Below are positions 1 through 10,621 of a stretch of DNA of 64,000 nt, in pieces. A program made the position numbers and the translations under genes. The first letter of the stretch is position 1; the number at the start of each line of letters is the position of its first letter. Source of the stretch: Nitrospinales bacterium (GTDB lineage Bacteria; Nitrospinota; Nitrospinia; Nitrospinales; VA-1); assembly GCA_965205835.1 (NCBI GenBank), contig OZ242182.1:1334361-1398360 (forward strand), in the 5' to 3' direction. The notes beneath the pieces are model-generated. The model made no database searches. It was given only the letters and a program-made list of their open reading frames with translations, and was not told where the DNA came from.

Positions 1-1091
1 CGGCAAAAGGGGTACTTTACACTCACGGCATGTTCGACCAGCAAACCCAAATTCTACGCGAGCACTTCGGCATTCTTCCCAGAGAAAAAGATTTGCCCAC
101 GTTTCCCCTGTTTGGTTTGTTCAGTACAGGAATGGGAATGACCAGCGTAATTCCAGATATGGATTGTACCTGTCCGGCAAAAGTGAACCCTGAAAACATT
201 ATCCACCCCATCCAGAATTATGACATCACCAGCAGTTTTGGTTCCCCGGCCCTTTGGGACACGGTCAGCCGTCATTGCCAAAAAAACGAGATACAGCTTC
301 CTTCCCTCCAGAACATCCTGATTGCCGGTGCTCCCGTTTCCGGAATGTTACTCAAGCGTTTCGAGTCCATCTTACAGCCGGACTGCAAAATCCTCACTCC
401 CTATGGAGCCACTGAAGCTCTCCCTGTCACTTCCATAGAGAGACAAGAGATCGTCAATGATACATGGCCTCAGTCAGAAAAAGGCGAAGGAACCTGCGTC
501 GGCAAACCGGTACCCGGATCTGAAATAAAAATCATACGAATTTCAGAGGAACCTATTCCGAAATGGGAAGAGGATCTGGAAATTCCCAAGGGTCAAACAG
601 GGGAAATTATCGTGAAGGCTCCCTGGGTCACTAAAACCTATTTCAATCGGGAAGACGAAACCCGTCTGGCAAAAATTCCGGATGGGGAAACCTTCTGGCA
701 CAGGATGGGAGATGTTGGTAAATGGGACGAACAAAACCGGCTTTGGTTCTGCGGTAGAAAAAACCATCGTGTCGTCACCAATTCGGAAACTCTATTCACC
801 ATTCCTTGCGAAGCCCTATTCAACCAGCACCCGGATGTCAGGCGTTCCGCGCTGGTGGGCAAAGGACTGGAAGGCAATCGCGAACCTATTATAATTATAG
901 AACCGGAGAATGCGAATAGGGTTGCTAAAGACCAGGAAACCTTCATCAAAGAATTGTTGAAAATCGCGGCCGCCTCTGCGCACACGCGTTCCATCAAGAA
1001 AATACTTTTCTATCCGGAATTCCCGGTGGACGTCAGGCATAACGCAAAAATCTTCCGCGAAAAACTGGCCGCCTGGGCCGAAAGCCAATAA
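1..1091 (+). CDS. AMP-dependent synthetase/ligase (adenylate-forming family), 5'-truncated by the window edge
   Basis: ORF 30..1091 stays open upstream to nt 3 (AKGVLYTHG, the KGV..TH region of adenylate-forming enzymes). Family core motifs are present: YGATEA, WHRMGDVG, GRKNHRVV. Confidence 0.75.
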   Translation, partial: AKGVLYTHGMFDQQTQILREHFGILPREKDLPTFPLFGLFSTGMGMTSVIPDMDCTCPAKVNPENIIHPIQNYDITSSFGSPALWDTVSRHCQKNEIQLPSLQNILIAGAPVSGMLLKRFESILQPDCKILTPYGATEALPVTSIERQEIVNDTWPQSEKGEGTCVGKPVPGSEIKIIRISEEPIPKWEEDLEIPKGQTGEIIVKAPWVTKTYFNREDETRLAKIPDGETFWHRMGDVGKWDEQNRLWFCGRKNHRVVTNSETLFTIPCEALFNQHPDVRRSALVGKGLEGNREPIIIIEPENANRVAKDQETFIKELLKIAAASAHTRSIKKILFYPEFPVDVRHNAKIFREKLAAWAESQ

Positions 1092-1480
1092 CACTTGTCA
1101 CAAATTAAAATTTCATCAGAGCTGTCTTAAAAACGAGTCGATATGACCAAGCCGCCGCCTCTAGGATCAGCCCGAGGATAGAGATCATAACCGGTATCCG
1201 TGAAAATACCTTCGAGGTAGTTACTATCCAGTTTTATTTTGCCACGCAAACTACTCCGCTCTGTTTTTTCTCTTAGAGCTGAGGAGTAGGTTCTGTCAAG
1301 TTTTAGGGGAAATTCAGGATTCATCGCGACTTTTATAACACGCTCCGAGGCACAGAAACGAAGGAGTATTATTATCAGCCGTAAGGGCACTCCAGAAAGC
1401 ATAAAAAGTTACGGCTGTTTCCCCTCGGCGGCTACGCCGACCAGTGGAGATGTTTTTTAAACGATTGCTGAAGGAATGGA

Positions 1481-1970
1481 GTGCAAAAGCAGCTGGGTCA
1501 GCTAAGCTTCGCGGATGATTTAGTGAACAGGACAAGGAATTGTGGTTCCCGCAAAAAAGACAATGTCCGTGGTTACAAGATGCATACGGCAGTAAGTCGG
1601 AAGTCTGGATTGGTTCGCCGTGTAATCATCACCCCGGCCAATGTCAATGGCACAACACCGACCGATGACATGGTGATGAGAAAGCGGTTTACGCGGACAA
1701 GGCACTCCCGGCACAAGGAACTTCAGGAACGCAATATTTTTTCTGGTATCATGCATCGACCTAATCAGCACCATTCCCTGAAACCTGCTCAGACCGCATT
1801 CAACAAACACATGACTGAATTACGCCCTCCTGTAAACATGTCTTCGGTATCCTTAAAAACCATTACCGGTTGCACAGGGCACGCTATATCGGGTTGACGC
1901 GAACAGTGGTCCAAATCACCCTGGTTTGCATGGCCATGAATATAAAACGGTGTCTTGCTTTAGCGCGAAC
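1481..1970 (+). pseudogene. IS5-family DDE transposase remnant (internally deleted and frameshifted)
   Basis: Three segments match E. coli IS5 InsH from memory. GQLSFADD..R..RKK resembles HQLTFADSEF..KRR. GYKMHTAVSRKSGLVRRVIITPANV resembles [27 protein letters not shown]. In another frame, VFGILKNHYRLHRARYIGLTRTVVQITLVCMAMNI resembles the C-terminal RYKGL.KN...L..LANL block. The segments are in different frames and about 150 aa of the middle are missing. Confidence 0.7.
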
Positions 1971-2284
1971 ACGGGAAACTCTCGCTTGAGAGAGGAGAGC
2001 ACCTGGGGAATATGGAAAACGGCAAAGCGAATAGCAATAAAACTATATGGCTCAAAGAATATTACTCAAACAATAACGTTTCACTCTCAACTTCAACACC
2101 GTTTAATAAAAATTACTGAAATACCCTCTTAATGAAAGGGCCCTCTCTACTGAGGGGGGGGGGGCTGTGATGTCCCGTCATTAACTTCATGCCCGAACGG
2201 GGTAAATTGGGCAATAGCTCCTCAAGCCGAAACAACTCTTTGCCAGCAAACAAAAGCTGTTGTATTTTGGCCATGCGCCTAGCA

Positions 2285-2685
2285 AGCCGGGTAGCCGAAG
2301 TAAACCATAAGCCGGGTTTTGTACTTCATGAAGCGTGAAGTGGTGACCATTAATCTAGGCCTGCCGTTACCAACAAGCTCAAGCAATCAACCCGAAAGTA
2401 TCGGACGGGCCGCCCTCAATCACTTTCCTATTTGATCTTGCTCCGGATAGGGTTTACCAAGCTACCGTTGTCACCAACGGTACTGGTGAGCTCTTACCTC
2501 GCCTTTTCACCTTTGCCGCCAGCACGAGGCCGGGTAGGCCGTGTATTTTCTGTGGCACTTTCCTTAAGGTCGCCCTCACTCCGCGTTACGGAGTATCCTG
2601 CCCTGTGGAGCCCGGACTTTCCTCTCTCCCGGCCATAAAGCCGAAACAGCGGTCACCCGGTTTACTTCGGCGTCGCGGCTTCTGA
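2285..2685 (-). ncRNA. rnpB: RNase P RNA (bacterial type A); ends approximate to about 10 nt
   Basis: The reverse complement carries the universal GAGGAAAGUCCGGGCUCCACAGGGCAGG block, GGUAAGAGCUCACCAG, CCGGAGCAAG, UUGCUUGAGC and ACAAAACCCGGCUUAU. P1 pairing is GCCGAAGUAAACC (rc of 2659-2671) with GGUUUACUUCGGC (rc of 2294-2306). Confidence 0.93.
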
Positions 2686-2782
2686 AACTTCTTCATTTAT
2701 CGAAATCACAGTCACCAAATAACGTCACAGAGAAAGAACTAAATACCATAATGGATCAAATCAACCATCTCCCCTTCTCCAA

Positions 2783-3922
2783 CTAAAGTTGGATCTTCAA
2801 CTTTTCGAGAAGCATCTTTATTATCTTGATTGAATCATCAATAGCAGTTTGATGATCCTGCGGAAGATCCATGAAATAGAATGGTTGATAGTTTCCCCCG
2901 CCAACCCGACGACACTCTGAAAATTTATAGCTTCCCCAGTTTTGATCTGAGATTTTAGTCGAGACTCCTATCATAATACACTCGCCTAGGTCACCTTGAG
3001 GGATCAACTTGGCCCAAACTTTTCCTGAAGACACTGAAAACTCTATACTAGTACTTCCTTTATGCCTTTTGACAACACATTGAGACCCAAATTCAGACTT
3101 AAGCTTATTTTCAATTTTCGTTAACAAATCTTGTATTGGGGAACAAAAACCTGAAATCTTTTCAGTCTTAAGTTTAGGTATCTCCTTTTTTAGAAAGTCG
3201 TTACTATCAGTTTTTTCATCCCAATATAAAAATCGTATGCAATTTGAGCATTGCTGGATGGATTCGCCGACTTTAACATCTATCACCATCTGAGGTAAAA
3301 TCTGCTGGAAGCATCCTTGGCAAATATTTCCCCGCAACAAAACTACTGCCCTTCCTTCACGGGAATTCGCGACTTTTTCATAGCGTTGTAGCATCACTTT
3401 ATCAACCTGCTCCACTAACTTCTTACGCCCAGCGATAAAGCCGTCCAACTCCTCCCTCGTCCTGTCCCGTTCAGCATCCTTTTTCTCTTTGTATTCCTGG
3501 AAGCGAGCATCCTCTTCCTTACAATCTTTTTCGACTCCAGGTATCTCCTTTTGCTTTTCTTCAAGAGACTCCATAATTTCCAGCTCTTCATCTTCCAGTC
3601 CCTCAACCTTTTCCTTAACCGCATCCACCTCTGAAAGAATAGCCGTGTATTCCTTATTGGTTTTAACCGCTGCTAGTTTTGTCTTGGCTTTCGCCATATG
3701 GTCATTCTCCCTCTGAACCTCCGACTCAATAGCCTTACTATTTTTTTGTAACGCGGCTATTTTTTCTTTAGCGATTGAAAGGATTTCCTTTTTAGCCTCC
3801 AACTCCAAGCGACAAGCATCTAACTGAACAGGAATTTCAGCGAGCCGTTTTTTATGCTCGGCAATCTCATCATCCATGTCCTGCAAACGGATCAGTTGCT
3901 GAACTTTTTGGGAACCATTCAT
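2783..3922 (-). CDS. Zinc-ribbon/coiled-coil protein (COG1579-like) with an extra C-terminal domain of about 135 aa
   Basis: The N-terminal 240 aa or so are a long coiled coil ending in CQGC...CSNC (a C4 zinc ribbon), as in COG1579/DUF164 proteins. An additional non-coiled C-terminal domain follows. Confidence 0.7.
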   Translation of the reverse strand: MNGSQKVQQLIRLQDMDDEIAEHKKRLAEIPVQLDACRLELEAKKEILSIAKEKIAALQKNSKAIESEVQRENDHMAKAKTKLAAVKTNKEYTAILSEVDAVKEKVEGLEDEELEIMESLEEKQKEIPGVEKDCKEEDARFQEYKEKKDAERDRTREELDGFIAGRKKLVEQVDKVMLQRYEKVANSREGRAVVLLRGNICQGCFQQILPQMVIDVKVGESIQQCSNCIRFLYWDEKTDSNDFLKKEIPKLKTEKISGFCSPIQDLLTKIENKLKSEFGSQCVVKRHKGSTSIEFSVSSGKVWAKLIPQGDLGECIMIGVSTKISDQNWGSYKFSECRRVGGGNYQPFYFMDLPQDHQTAIDDSIKIIKMLLEKLKIQL

Positions 3923-4204
3923 TAGTTAAACTCTCTTTAGCAGGCTTAAATTTGAATGTAGCACGGGCTCAGAGAAGATTGCAAATGATTCCAGAGGACA
4001 GTTGAATTCAGGCTGACAGAAGACTTATTAAGGCTGAACAATTGGTAACTGGTAATATCATTTTACCCCTGCGGGCCACGTGTGATATTTCTTTATTTGC
4101 CTCATGCCCTGGAAGAATAAAAGCTTGGGAAGAGTATCACGATTACCAGCAACAATACCCTCGGCTCAACGAGCTATCGCACTTTGCTACCAGCGGCTCA
4201 CCGG

Positions 4205-5101
4205 TTACGCTCGGCACCGGGAGTCCCAGTAAACCAAAAACCCGCTGGCAATAAAAATGGATGAGTAGGTTCCAATCAGAACGCCTATCAGGAGAGCAAA
4301 AGAAAAGTCATGAATGATCTCTCCTCCAAAGAAAAACAGGGCCATCACTACCAGCAAAGTTGTTCCCGAAGTAAGCAGTGTCCGGCTTAATGTCTGGTTA
4401 ATGCTGACATTGATAGTTTGAGCAAGCGTATTTTTTCCTCTTCGGCGAAGGTTTTCCCGGATGCGGTCAAAAACGACGATGGTATCATTTAAAGAATATC
4501 CGATGATGGTTAAAAATGCCGCAACGATCACGAGGGTGAACTCTTTATCCAAAATCGAAAACGCACCCATGGTCACCAACACATCATGAATAAGGGCAAT
4601 GATCGCGGCAACGGCATACTGCAACTCAAAGCGCCAAGAAATATAAATCACAATACCGATGATGGCGTACAAAATAGAAAGAAGAGCTTTTTCTCTCAAG
4701 TCACGGCCCACCTTCGGCCCCACCATTTCGACCCTTTCAACGGTAATATCCGCCTTATTAAATTTTCCAGCCAAGCTGTTGCGAACCTGAGAGCCCACCG
4801 CTTCCAGTTTCTCCTCTGAACGTTGTACACGAATGAGGATGTCGCGTTTCGTTCCGAACTCCTGGATCGTGCTCTCGCCAAGACCAATGGTCTTCAACCC
4901 ATCGCGAATCACTTCTATATCCGGCGGGGTTTTAAACTGAAGTTGGATCAGGGTTCCACCGGAAAAATCGATGCCAAATTTCAATCCGCCAGACAGAGCA
5001 ATGGACCCCAAACCGATCAGGATCACCAACCCTGAAATGGTCAAGGCTATTTTGGTTTTACCCATGAAGTCGAAATTGGTCTCACTACTAATGATTCTCA
5101 T
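4205..5101 (-). CDS. secF: Protein translocase subunit SecF
   Basis: 298 aa, multi-TM, with the SecF-typical GIDFSGGT motif and C-terminal RND-like TM bundle. It lies 4 nt downstream of secD. Confidence 0.92.
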   Translation of the reverse strand: MRIISSETNFDFMGKTKIALTISGLVILIGLGSIALSGGLKFGIDFSGGTLIQLQFKTPPDIEVIRDGLKTIGLGESTIQEFGTKRDILIRVQRSEEKLEAVGSQVRNSLAGKFNKADITVERVEMVGPKVGRDLREKALLSILYAIIGIVIYISWRFELQYAVAAIIALIHDVLVTMGAFSILDKEFTLVIVAAFLTIIGYSLNDTIVVFDRIRENLRRRGKNTLAQTINVSINQTLSRTLLTSGTTLLVVMALFFFGGEIIHDFSFALLIGVLIGTYSSIFIASGFLVYWDSRCRA

Positions 5102-5105
5102 ATAT

Positions 5106-6659
5106 CTAGATGCTTAGTTTATCCAGTTTTACATGGCTCATGGTTCCGTCAAAAATAGCCCGGCTCACAAAAACCGCGGTGAACATGCTGGCCGTAATCC
5201 CTATGCATAAGGTAATGGCGAACCCTTTAATCGGACCTGTACCAAACTGAAAGAGAACCACCGCAGCAATGAAAGTGGTGATATTCGCATCAACAATGGT
5301 GCGAAAGGCTTTGGAAAAACCCGCTTCGACCGCGGCCCTCACCGTTTTGCCAAGTTTTAATTCCTCACGGATTCTCTCAAACACCAACACGTTGGCATCA
5401 ATAGCCATACCCACGGTGAGAATGATTCCCGCGATGCCCGGCAATGTCAGAGCCGCGCCAAAATAAGCCAGCGCACCTGCCAGAAGAACAATATTAAGGA
5501 ACAACGCCGTCACCGCTATAACACCAGACAACCTGTAATAAATAGCGATAAACACGACAACAACAAGGCCTCCATAAATAATAGATGTGATTCCCTTGTT
5601 AATGGAATCCTGGCCTAACGAGGGCCCTACTGTCCTGTTTTCGAGAATGACGACCGGTGCAGGAAGCGCGCCAGCTCTGAGAGCTATGGCGAGATCTCTT
5701 GCGTCTTCTGAAGTGAACTGGCCCGTGATCTGTGCCCGCCCGCCAGCAATCTCATCCTGAATAACCGGAGCCGAGTAAACATTGCCGTCCAAAACAATAG
5801 CTAAACGTTTTTTGATGTTCTCGCGTGTCACCTGCTGAAAAATCATGGCACCAACGCTATTGAAAGTCAAAGAAACATAAGGCTCATTAAAATCCGAATC
5901 GAATCGAATCTCTGCGCCCGTCAAAGTTTCACCCGTCAAAACCGTGCGTTTCTTTATAAGGAAAGGCTCTTTGGTGACCCCTCCTGTTTCCTTATTTTCT
6001 ACCCTTTGATACAAAATTTCAGATTTTTCGGGAACATTTCCTTGAAGTGCCTGTTCCAGACTGTTTTCTTCATCCAATAGTTTGAATTCAAGGCGGGCAG
6101 TTTTCCCAATCAGGCTGATGGCCCGTTCTGGGTCTTTCACGCCAGGCAACTGCACCAGAATCCGTTTTTCCCCCTGAGCCTGAATACTCGGCTCCGAAAC
6201 CCCAAATTGGTCTACTCTGTTGCGGATCGTTTCCAACCCTTGGCTCACCGCGTTTTGTTCAATCTGCTTAACCTGGTCCGCACTCATCCGATAGGCCAGC
6301 CCAAGTCTATCGGAATCCTCACTGACCAGACTGAGAAAAGGATACCCTTGCATAATCTCTTTCACTAGCGACAAATCCAGTTTATCCATCATCCACACAT
6401 TGACCCGCCGATCTGCAAAACTGGCTTTGACGCTGTCCACTTCCAAATCTTCTTTGGCAATACCCTGTTTGATATCATCCTCTAACCTTTCCAGACTGGC
6501 TTCGACCGCCTTTTCGACCTTGACTTCGAGCAAGAGGTGCATCCCTCCCTGCAGGTCAAGCCCCAGGGAAATTTTTTCCTTCAGGGGATAGGCAAGCCAC
6601 ACCGCGCCCAAAACTACGAAGAGTATCAAAGGAATTTTCCATTTAAGTTCTCTATGCAT
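5106..6659 (-). CDS. secD: Protein translocase subunit SecD
   Basis: 517 aa with LGLDLQGG, a large periplasmic domain, GPSLG and a C-terminal 5-TM bundle. Sits in a yajC-secD-secF arrangement. Confidence 0.93.
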   Translation of the reverse strand: MHRELKWKIPLILFVVLGAVWLAYPLKEKISLGLDLQGGMHLLLEVKVEKAVEASLERLEDDIKQGIAKEDLEVDSVKASFADRRVNVWMMDKLDLSLVKEIMQGYPFLSLVSEDSDRLGLAYRMSADQVKQIEQNAVSQGLETIRNRVDQFGVSEPSIQAQGEKRILVQLPGVKDPERAISLIGKTARLEFKLLDEENSLEQALQGNVPEKSEILYQRVENKETGGVTKEPFLIKKRTVLTGETLTGAEIRFDSDFNEPYVSLTFNSVGAMIFQQVTRENIKKRLAIVLDGNVYSAPVIQDEIAGGRAQITGQFTSEDARDLAIALRAGALPAPVVILENRTVGPSLGQDSINKGITSIIYGGLVVVVFIAIYYRLSGVIAVTALFLNIVLLAGALAYFGAALTLPGIAGIILTVGMAIDANVLVFERIREELKLGKTVRAAVEAGFSKAFRTIVDANITTFIAAVVLFQFGTGPIKGFAITLCIGITASMFTAVFVSRAIFDGTMSHVKLDKLSI

Positions 6660-6682
6660 TGTCTAAGACTTCATGCCTCAAT

Positions 6683-6997
6683 TTAATCTTTTTTGGTGCC
6701 GATGGAAGAGCGGTTGACCTTGACTCGGACATTGTCGGCAATTTGCAACATGACCGTATCCTCCTTTAGTTTCTTAATCGTTCCATGAATACCGCTCAAG
6801 GTCACAACCGTGTCACCCTCTTTCAGTTCATCGATCATTTTACGCGCTTCCTGCTGTTTTTTCTGTTGTGGACGAATGAGCACAAAGTAGAAGATCATAA
6901 ACATTATGATCATCGGCGGCAATAACGCCAGCAGACTTCCTCCCCCCGGATCCGCTCCATCTTGCGGCGGGGCCATGGCAAATGCTAAGTCAAGCAT
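6683..6997 (-). CDS. yajC: Preprotein translocase subunit YajC
   Basis: 104 aa with a single TM helix followed by RPQQKKQQE and GDTVVTLSGIHGTI. Lies upstream of secDF. Confidence 0.88.
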   Translation of the reverse strand: MLDLAFAMAPPQDGADPGGGSLLALLPPMIIMFMIFYFVLIRPQQKKQQEARKMIDELKEGDTVVTLSGIHGTIKKLKEDTVMLQIADNVRVKVNRSSIGTKKD

Positions 6998-7204
6998 GAG
7001 TATGTTCCTGAAAAGTGAAATTTTTTATAATTCAAAGGCTTAGCTTCTATCAAATCCCACCGCGTTTGTCAAACCCTCCACTCGACGTGAGGCCAGCAGG
7101 CGATAGCGTCAACAAGCCAGCAACAAGTTAACTTGGCTCAGTTACGCCGAGAACTCTTTCACCAGCCAAATAAAGATACTGCACACTGGCCTCACGCCGA
7201 GTGG

Positions 7205-7762
7205 CTAATAGAATTTATTTTGGACATTCCCTTCGTTGGTGAGTTCATAGTAAAGGGAATGGAACTCTTCGGTGGTCAGTTTGGGGTCCCGCAACTTTTC
7301 AAGGTCCTCCGGGTTGATGGGGATTTGCGACAACTCATCCCAAGCAGAGGTGGCAACCGCTACATAATTCGGTGGATTAAGCGGACGCAAAACCAGAAGG
7401 TCCACGCGATCGTTATATTTCAATGCAAAGTCAATCACCATGCGTGCGTCCTCCGCGCTCACAGCACTGCCAATCGCAATATTTGTTGGAGGGTGCCCTC
7501 CCTTGGGTCTCCAGAACTGGATAGTATGGTTCAGTACCTTAATAGCCCGGGCTTTAAAAAAACCCCGAATCTCCTTCTTCTGCTTTTTATGTTTGTGTGC
7601 CAGCCAGATTTCTATCGTGCAAACCGTTGTTTTAGAAGTATCACAAGAGGGTTTATAGGTGGATGGCGGGAACAGGTAGTCTTTGGATACCGCCAAAGAA
7701 GACCCGCTCAACATAACCCAAAACCCCAATAAGCCTACAGCCAAAATCATTAACCGTTTCAT
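7205..7762 (-). CDS. Hypothetical secreted protein
   Basis: 185-aa ORF with an N-terminal signal peptide (MKRLMILAVGLLGFWVMLSGSSLA). I recognise no family. The opposite-strand ORF 7133..7732 looks like a shadow. Confidence 0.5.
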   Translation of the reverse strand: MKRLMILAVGLLGFWVMLSGSSLAVSKDYLFPPSTYKPSCDTSKTTVCTIEIWLAHKHKKQKKEIRGFFKARAIKVLNHTIQFWRPKGGHPPTNIAIGSAVSAEDARMVIDFALKYNDRVDLLVLRPLNPPNYVAVATSAWDELSQIPINPEDLEKLRDPKLTTEEFHSLYYELTNEGNVQNKFY

Positions 7763-8387
7763 TTTTGCTCCTGCATTTGGTTCTGATTCTACAAATGAGT
7801 GCCATTGTAATGCATTTATTCGATTTTTCGAAAAAATACCTATCTAAATTTATCATTTTGGATATTTTGACTGAAGCAGGTCTATAAAAACACAAATTTA
7901 TAATATTCACCCTACAATCGGGGAGTACACAACAAAACCATTATTTTTTCGTAAAATAAAAATTTATTTTTCACTAAAGTTCCTCAACTTTCTGCCGATA
8001 AGCCCTACAGGGATGACCTTGTTTGAAAGGAATCGTATTATGATGACCAGTAAGTGCTTCAGGTGCAAATCAAGGAGTAAGCGCAGTTTTAGGCTACGGC
8101 CTTAAAACCGGCGCAAGATGTCCAAGAACAGGAAGGTGAAGCGACCGTTTCTCTCATTCAGTCCGCCGTAGAAGCTACAGAGCACTCAATAGCTTCAGGC
8201 ACAGGCAACACAATACAGACATCACCGGCCAACCGGTCAGCGGTCGGTGGGCGTGATATCTCCAACATTAATTTTGTGCCCCAACAGGGCAAACTTGCAA
8301 TGGCTTTTGATTACAGACAAACGTCCTCGACCGACACCTCTTAAATTTAAGCCAAGACAACTCTTTTCCAGCCAGATACAGTCAAGG

Positions 8388-8957
8388 CTAGCTGCCGCCG
8401 ACCACTGGCCGACGGAGTTTTTCTATTATTTCATCCCGTTTGTCATCGGACAAGCGGGGTGTTTTGCTTTTCTCGATATGAAGGATCAACTCCTTGAGTC
8501 GGATAACATGAGTGCCAAACTCCCCCTTTAATACGGCCCGGGTAAACACCACGATGGGGACGAAGTAGACCGAACCGATGACTTTTTCCAAGGCATTGAC
8601 ATGCTTGCGGTTTTCCCATAACGGATTGTACAACACATCCCTTGCCGATTTGATGTTCCATTCCCGGTCCCCTTCCCTTCCCGTCACTTTTCCCGCTTCG
8701 GTTTTGACGGTCAGGACAAACACCCCATAAGGCGAAACCACCACATGACTCATATCCATCATTCCCAGCTCGGCGGATAGCACCACATTAGATAGGACGG
8801 TATAGTCAGCTCCCAATCGGTTGAGCTGATCCTTCACAACCATGGGATCTCCGGCTAGCCGATGTTGCCTGCTTCGCCAGGCATAAGCCACGGCAAGTAC
8901 CACTGCCATGAAGACGAAAATTTTAAGTCCATCTGCGGTAAAAAGGAAATCCATCAT
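8388..8957 (-). CDS. NERD (nuclease-related domain) protein with an N-terminal TM anchor
   Basis: The pattern SHVVVSPYGVFVLTVKTEAGKV...W...NPL.EN..H...L is typical of NERD domains. An N-terminal hydrophobic helix is present. Confidence 0.7.
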   Translation of the reverse strand: MMDFLFTADGLKIFVFMAVVLAVAYAWRSRQHRLAGDPMVVKDQLNRLGADYTVLSNVVLSAELGMMDMSHVVVSPYGVFVLTVKTEAGKVTGREGDREWNIKSARDVLYNPLWENRKHVNALEKVIGSVYFVPIVVFTRAVLKGEFGTHVIRLKELILHIEKSKTPRLSDDKRDEIIEKLRRPVVGGS

Positions 8958-8965
8958 AAGAGCGG

Positions 8966-10621
8966 TTAAAAGTTAAAGGGGTTCGGCGGCTCAAAATTAC
9001 TGGAGTTGGTTTCTTGCTCCGGTTTCGCTTCCACTTTGTCTATAGTCAGTTTCATCCCGGAAACATCCGGAAAAAATTCAGGAGATACTGTTTCACTCTC
9101 TATCTTCCCTCGCTCTGCACGAAATCGTTGCAGGTTGGTGAGAGTCACAGCCCCTCGTTCGGGAATATTGTCGAGAACCGATTGCGCCGACCTTCGGCCG
9201 AACACAGTGATATCGAGCAATGAGTTTCCCATGAGGCGGTTTTTACCGTGCAATCCACCGGTCACTTCTCCCGCAGCCCAAAGCCCGGCAATATCGGTCC
9301 TGCATTCCGAATCCACCCGAATGCCGCCGTTCTGATAATGCAGTGTGGGGTAAATCAGAATCGGCTTTTTCGCCGGGTAAATATCATAACGCCCAAAACG
9401 GTGTATCAATCCGGGAAACTGGCGAGCCAGCGTCCCCTCCCCTTTTTTCAAATCAACCATCGGAGTATCGAGCCACACTCCTGATTTGCCATGCGGAGTT
9501 TTCACGCCTCTTCCTTCAGCAGTTTCCTTGATGATTGCCCCGGCCAGCACATCGCGATAAGCCATCTCGCCAATAAAGTGCATGCCCTCGGCATTGACCA
9601 CCTGGGCTCCGGTCGACCGGATCGCCTCAGTCACCAATTGCCCGGCCAGGGCTTCCGGGTAGCAGACACCTGAAGGATGATACTGATAACTGTCGAGATC
9701 AATGAGTCGACACCCTTGCCGATAAGCAAGCACCAGGCCATCACCGGTCGCACCAACATGGTTACTGGTGGGGAACCCCTGTAAGCGAATCTGTCCGCTA
9801 CCACCGGTAGCCAGAATCACTGCCCGCGCCGAAACGCAGACCGGTCTTTCTGCATTGCGGTCGAACAAAATAGCACCGGTCACCCGGCCCTTGCCGTCAT
9901 CGACCAGTTCCATCGCCACATGTTCTTCCAGTAACCGGGCGCTGGTCAGGCGCACCGCGTCTTTCAACACGCGCATGATCTCAAGACCCGTATAATCCCG
10001 GCAAGCTAAAACGCGCGGCACCGAAGTCCCGCCGCCACCGCGCAAGCGAAACTGTCCGTCCTCATTCTGGTCAAACAGACAACCGAGCTGACTGAGCCAG
10101 CGAATACTTTCGGGCCCCTGTTCACAAAGAACCCGCAACAGGTCCGGATCATTTTTGCCATGCCCACCAACCAGAGCATCGGCAAAATGCCGCCTTGGTG
10201 AGTCGTCAGGACCGAGCGCAGACTGAATGCCCCCTTCGGCCATCACCGTGTTGGAGTCACCCAGCCTGAGTTTTGTGGCCAGATGAACAGTGAGTCCCGA
10301 CCCCTCCAAGGTCAGGGCCGCAACTACCCCGGCTCCGCCGCCGCCTAGTATCAAAACATCAGTTTCTATATCAGGGTTGGGAACGTAGCCCAACTCGACA
10401 GGGCTGTCGCCCTCCAATAATCGGGCAAGCTCTAAAGGAAATTTCTGGCCTCTGGCGTTGGGGCCAACGGTCACCTGCCTCTCGTGGCCCAGGTAATCCG
10501 GATGGTATTGTTTGAGAAGTCCCTCTGCCTGGGTTGATTCAGGCAGGGGCGCAGGCTGATTGAGCCGGACTGGACGCGAATTTTCAAGTTTTTCCAGGGA
10601 CTCTTCCGCCCATTCCATCAC
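8966..10621 (-). CDS. FAD-binding oxidoreductase, succinate dehydrogenase/fumarate reductase flavoprotein-like
   Basis: Dinucleotide-binding ILGGGGAGVVAA, then AEGGIQ, and a C-terminal AAGEVTGGLHGKNRLMGNSL block typical of the SdhA/FrdA/NadB family. Overlaps the downstream Fe-S gene by 4 nt. Confidence 0.8.
   Translation of the reverse strand: MMEWAEESLEKLENSRPVRLNQPAPLPESTQAEGLLKQYHPDYLGHERQVTVGPNARGQKFPLELARLLEGDSPVELGYVPNPDIETDVLILGGGGAGVVAALTLEGSGLTVHLATKLRLGDSNTVMAEGGIQSALGPDDSPRRHFADALVGGHGKNDPDLLRVLCEQGPESIRWLSQLGCLFDQNEDGQFRLRGGGGTSVPRVLACRDYTGLEIMRVLKDAVRLTSARLLEEHVAMELVDDGKGRVTGAILFDRNAERPVCVSARAVILATGGSGQIRLQGFPTSNHVGATGDGLVLAYRQGCRLIDLDSYQYHPSGVCYPEALAGQLVTEAIRSTGAQVVNAEGMHFIGEMAYRDVLAGAIIKETAEGRGVKTPHGKSGVWLDTPMVDLKKGEGTLARQFPGLIHRFGRYDIYPAKKPILIYPTLHYQNGGIRVDSECRTDIAGLWAAGEVTGGLHGKNRLMGNSLLDITVFGRRSAQSVLDNIPERGAVTLTNLQRFRAERGKIESETVSPEFFPDVSGMKLTIDKVEAKPEQETNSSNFEPPNPFNF

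Noticed and set aside
2432-2638. A 68-aa plus-strand ORF.
   Set aside because: It lies entirely inside the RNase P RNA gene on the opposite strand.
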